NCBI GenBank assembly: GCA_029864235.1 | Contig: JAOTTW010000004.1 | Span: 21,765-53,764, forward strand | Direction: 5' to 3' | From: Nitrosopumilus sp. | GTDB taxonomy: Archaea > Thermoproteota > Nitrososphaeria > Nitrososphaerales > Nitrosopumilaceae | Length of the DNA stretch: 32,000 nt | Shown here: piece after piece, positions 29,218 through 32,000 of the stretch | Layout of the letters: each line of letters opens with the position of its first letter | Position numbering within the stretch: position 1 is the stretch's first letter | Program-made: the position numbers and the translations under genes | The notes under the pieces: generated by a model | Seen by the model: the letters and a program-made list of their open reading frames with translations, nothing else | Databases searched by the model: none | What the model was told of the DNA's origin: nothing

Positions 29218-29580
29218 TTAAATCGCGTTAATAGAATTCTCAAGATCGCTTTCTAGTTTTGTCCACCCATTTTCATTGTCGGCATATTTAAAATGTCTAA
29301 TGTGTTTAACGTCAAAAGGTATATCGTCTTCATTTTGAGTAATCATTATTACTTTTTTTCCTATAGTATGGGCAATTCCAAGTTCATAGAAAACATTTGG
29401 GTTTCTACCTGTAACATCAGCTATGATGAATTTGGCTTTGTTGAGCTGTTCCCAAATATCTTCGATTATCACCGTAGGTGTAAAAATATCATCTGCTCTT
29501 AGTACTCTGTAGTCAAGTTTTGTAGCAATAGGTTTAACATTATTTTTATAAATCCTATCAAAATTTTCACGAAATGGCAT
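29218..29580 (-). CDS. Nucleoside 2-deoxyribosyltransferase-like / TIR-like Rossmann domain protein (frame actually open up to 29730)
   Basis: ADVTGRNPNVFYELGIAHTIGKKVIMI...IPFD matches the NDT/TIR-like family core with the conserved Glu. The annotated ATG sits inside the conserved first strand CFVIMPF, so the true N-terminus lies upstream. Confidence 0.65.
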   Translation of the reverse strand: MPFRENFDRIYKNNVKPIATKLDYRVLRADDIFTPTVIIEDIWEQLNKAKFIIADVTGRNPNVFYELGIAHTIGKKVIMITQNEDDIPFDVKHIRHFKYADNENGWTKLESDLENSINAI

Positions 29581-29730
29581 AATTACAAAACATAAATTAT
29601 CTTCAATGGAAAATTCTCTTCCTTGAAAAATAGGATTAATTCTAACAAGTTTTGCGTTCTTTTCTGCCTGTAATATTGTCGTATTAATTGCATTATCTGC
29701 AACTTGTGTTAATAATTTTTCTCTAGAATT

Positions 29731-30105
29731 TTAATCCATTTCTATAATGTTAAGTGGAAAATGAACATACCAAACTTTATCCCATCCTAATTGTTGTGCA
29801 ATACTTTGATTTAATGACTCAATTGTAGGTTCCGGAATATTATCTCGAAAATCATGCCATAATTGTGAGGATGTTCCACCAGACAAAGTTGAAAATGCAA
29901 AAAATATAGTATTCTTTGTAAGTATACCTATGATGTTAAATGGTTTGAAAATAGTAAAAACAAATTTGTTAATCCCTTTCTCAGTACATTTGTTCTCGAG
30001 TGTGTTTCCAAATTCATTTATAATTTTCGTCATTTCGTTACGTAACTTTTCATCGTTTAGTGAACCTCCCACTGATGAAATTGAACTCCAACTAACAGGT
30101 GACAT
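29731..30105 (-). CDS. Hypothetical protein (124 aa), same frame as the downstream NDT/TIR-like ORF and separated from it by one TAA
   Basis: ATG-initiated ORF with no motif I recognise. It ends at TAA 29733-29731, and the frame continues stop-free into 29218-29580. Confidence 0.45.
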   Translation of the reverse strand: MSPVSWSSISSVGGSLNDEKLRNEMTKIINEFGNTLENKCTEKGINKFVFTIFKPFNIIGILTKNTIFFAFSTLSGGTSSQLWHDFRDNIPEPTIESLNQSIAQQLGWDKVWYVHFPLNIIEMD

Positions 30106-30189
30106 ATACTTCCGTTAAATTATAGATAATTATTGATTTTCTTTTGTGAACCTTACCTTTCAAAACATAGCACAAATTTACGCCTGTGA

Positions 30190-30199
30190 GGGGGGGGGG
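30190..30199. repeat. G10 homopolymer tract in a divergent intergenic region
   Basis: The sequence is gtgaGGGGGGGGGGaattc. It is the only long G/C run I saw in this AT-rich window. Confidence 0.9.
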
Positions 30200-30316
30200 A
30201 ATTCTATTTTTACTCTTTGTCGATGAATTCGTTAACCCTTGAATGCACAGTTCTAGATTAGGATTATCCAGATTAACCACAGTAACTACTTTAGTAAGAA
30301 GACTGGAAAACGCATC

Positions 30317-31255
30317 GTGAATTGTATTTCAGCTAAAAATCTATCAAAATCTTACGGTTCAGTAAGGGCAGTTAATGAGATCAATCTATCTGTAAAATCA
30401 GGTCAAGTCTTTGGATTTTTAGGACCAAATGGAGCTGGAAAATCTACTGCAATAAAATTACTAACAACATTAATCCCACCTTCAAAAGGCTCTCTTTCTA
30501 TTCTTGGGGTTGATGCTATCAAAAATCCTCTAGATGTACGTCATAAAATTGGAGTTGTTTTACAGCAACCAAGCTACGAGCCAACTCTTTCTGTTGAAAA
30601 ATCTCTTGAAAAATATGGAATGATGTGGGATGTACCAAAAGCTGAGCGAATAAAAAGAATGGAGCAGCTAATACAAGATTTTGATCTAGGTGAAATTAGA
30701 AAGAAAAGAAATGAGGATCTCTCAATTGGTCAGAGACGACGAGTACAGGTAGCTCGAGAATTTATGCATGACATGGATTTACTATTCCTTGATGAACCAA
30801 CTGTAGGTTTGGATCCTAGTACAAGAAGAAAATTACTAGACTATCTGAAAAATAAGGTAAGTACTGGACTGACCATCTTTTACACCACTCACGTATTGAC
30901 TGAAGCTGAGTATCTGTGCGATGAAATTGCAATTATTGATAAAGGAAAAATCCTTACAGTAGCTTCCCCAGATTCACTAAAAACTAAATTTGGAAAAGAA
31001 AAAACAATCAAAATTCATATAATTACTAAAGAAGATGAAATTTCTCACGTTCTCTCAGGTATCAAGGATTGTAAAATAGACTTTAACAGTGGAACAAACA
31101 TTACTATTCATTCTCATGAATCAGAGCTAGTCTTACTCCAAGTTCTTAAGGCTCTCAATGAAAATGAGATTGAAATTGAAGACCTTTCTGCAGTACCAAC
31201 AAATCTCGAAGAAATATTTCTAAAAATGGTGGAGGACAATGCATCCAATCATTAG
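30317..31255 (+). CDS. ABC transporter ATP-binding protein (ABC-2/DrrA-like exporter type)
   Basis: Walker A GPNGAGKST, signature LSIGQRRR, Walker B LLFLDEPTVGLD and H-loop TTHVL. GTG start. Confidence 0.92.
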   Translation: MNCISAKNLSKSYGSVRAVNEINLSVKSGQVFGFLGPNGAGKSTAIKLLTTLIPPSKGSLSILGVDAIKNPLDVRHKIGVVLQQPSYEPTLSVEKSLEKYGMMWDVPKAERIKRMEQLIQDFDLGEIRKKRNEDLSIGQRRRVQVAREFMHDMDLLFLDEPTVGLDPSTRRKLLDYLKNKVSTGLTIFYTTHVLTEAEYLCDEIAIIDKGKILTVASPDSLKTKFGKEKTIKIHIITKEDEISHVLSGIKDCKIDFNSGTNITIHSHESELVLLQVLKALNENEIEIEDLSAVPTNLEEIFLKMVEDNASNH

Positions 31256-32000
31256 GCTAGTAAACAGAAATCTTACAATTTCACTAAATCCTGGATTTCT
31301 GATTTGGCAAATAATATTTCCTCTAATCTATATTTTTGTCGCAGGTTTTGCTTACACTTCGTTAATTAAAGAAGTTCCATTTGGAACCAAAGATCTTGCA
31401 TATCCTGCATTTCTTGCGTCAGGAATGATTGGATTTAACATTATGAACAGCACTCTTGTATCTGGAATAATAATTTGGAATGATCGTAGGCATGGAATGT
31501 TTGAGCAAATCATGTCAGGACCATTTACGAGGGCTCATTATGTACTCAGTAATATCTGCACCATTGGAATTGTTGGCTTGATTAGTGCTACACTAATTGC
31601 ATTTGTAGGATATCCAGTATTTTTTGAATCAATTGAATTTTCTTTATTTACAATTCCAATGATAATTTTTGCAGCGATTACAGGTTCGATTCTATTTGGC
31701 TCTATTGCCTCAATAATTTCGACCAGGATACGCTCAAGTGAGGGTTTCAATGTAATTATTAATACGGCATTTCTTTTCTTTGCCTTTGTTAGCACTGCAT
31801 TTTATCCTGTAGAGGGAACACCTGAACCTCTTGCAAGTATTTTCTATGTAAATCCGTTAACCTATCTCGTTGATGTAGTTAGAGCAGGGATTTTTGGCAA
31901 TATTACTGATTTTGTAATTATTGAGATGGGCGTTTTAGTTGGTCTGGCATCTATTTTATTTGTTGTTGCAACAAAATTGTTAACAAGATTAGATTTCTGA
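31239..32000 (+). CDS. ABC-2 type transporter permease
   Basis: About 6 hydrophobic helices. It overlaps the ATPase gene by 17 nt, and its TGA stop is the last codon of the window. Confidence 0.85.
   Translation: MHPIIRLVNRNLTISLNPGFLIWQIIFPLIYIFVAGFAYTSLIKEVPFGTKDLAYPAFLASGMIGFNIMNSTLVSGIIIWNDRRHGMFEQIMSGPFTRAHYVLSNICTIGIVGLISATLIAFVGYPVFFESIEFSLFTIPMIIFAAITGSILFGSIASIISTRIRSSEGFNVIINTAFLFFAFVSTAFYPVEGTPEPLASIFYVNPLTYLVDVVRAGIFGNITDFVIIEMGVLVGLASILFVVATKLLTRLDF

Noticed and set aside
1142-29502. Many 60-140-aa ORFs in the track lie antisense to or nested within strong genes (e.g. 1142-1336, 2350-2601, 3111-3570, 4706-4951, 10257-10589, 12719-13147, 20508-20798, 21439-21765, 24727-25056, 26507-26904, 27590-27808, 28645-28863, 29293-29502).
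   Set aside because: Each lies entirely inside a confidently identified gene on the other strand or in another frame. They have low-complexity or hydrophobic composition typical of antisense AT-rich frames and carry no recognisable motifs.
28366-30263. Weakly similar 11-mers near the two edges of the accessory islet (tctaaactagg and tctagattagg), possible att-like direct repeats.
   Set aside because: Only 9 of 11 bases are identical, the sequences are short and AT-rich, and the match was found by eye. It is not distinguishable from chance without a proper repeat search.
30092-30280. A 62-aa minus-strand ORF spanning the G10 tract (it encodes PPP) just upstream of the interrupted gene.
   Set aside because: It has no recognisable motif and a low-complexity, basic composition. 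It overlaps the next ORF's start, and its length depends on the homopolymer. It is most likely a chance ORF in a promoter region.
1-32000. Scanned for CRISPR arrays, rRNA genes, intact transposases or integrases, and long terminal inverted repeats.
   Set aside because: I saw no regularly spaced direct repeats, no rRNA-like conserved stretches, and no DDE, tyrosine or serine recombinase motifs in any ORF.

Overview
The window is visibly AT-rich and densely packed with archaeal genes. Gene content suggests a Nitrosopumilus-like ammonia-oxidising archaeon (Nitrososphaerota/Thaumarchaeota): an ESCRT-III/CdvB-type division protein, PriL-PriS primase, aIF2 alpha and gamma, S6e, Nop10, an LSm protein, multi-OB RPA, an Lhr-type helicase and an early-cobalt-insertion cobalamin cluster (cobO, cbiA, cbiC, cbiX, cbiG, cbiD). 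This taxonomic call is inference from motifs I recognised; I ran no database search. About 28 kb is conserved housekeeping sequence. I added four features the ORF track missed: tRNA-Gly(CCC), a TTG-initiated Nop10 one nucleotide after aIF2-alpha, and two abutting convergent zinc-ribbon micro-genes. The one region that looks accessory is about 28.36-30.32 kb, between RPA and an ABC-2 transporter. It holds an N-terminally truncated family-B DNA polymerase fragment of the protein-primed type, which looks like a mobile-element relic. It also holds a gene combining an unknown domain with a nucleoside-2-deoxyribosyltransferase/TIR-like domain, split by a single in-frame TAA, and a G10 homopolymer in the divergent promoter region. 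That patch is my best candidate for a novel or decaying conflict/defence module. I found no CRISPR array, rRNA or intact transposase.
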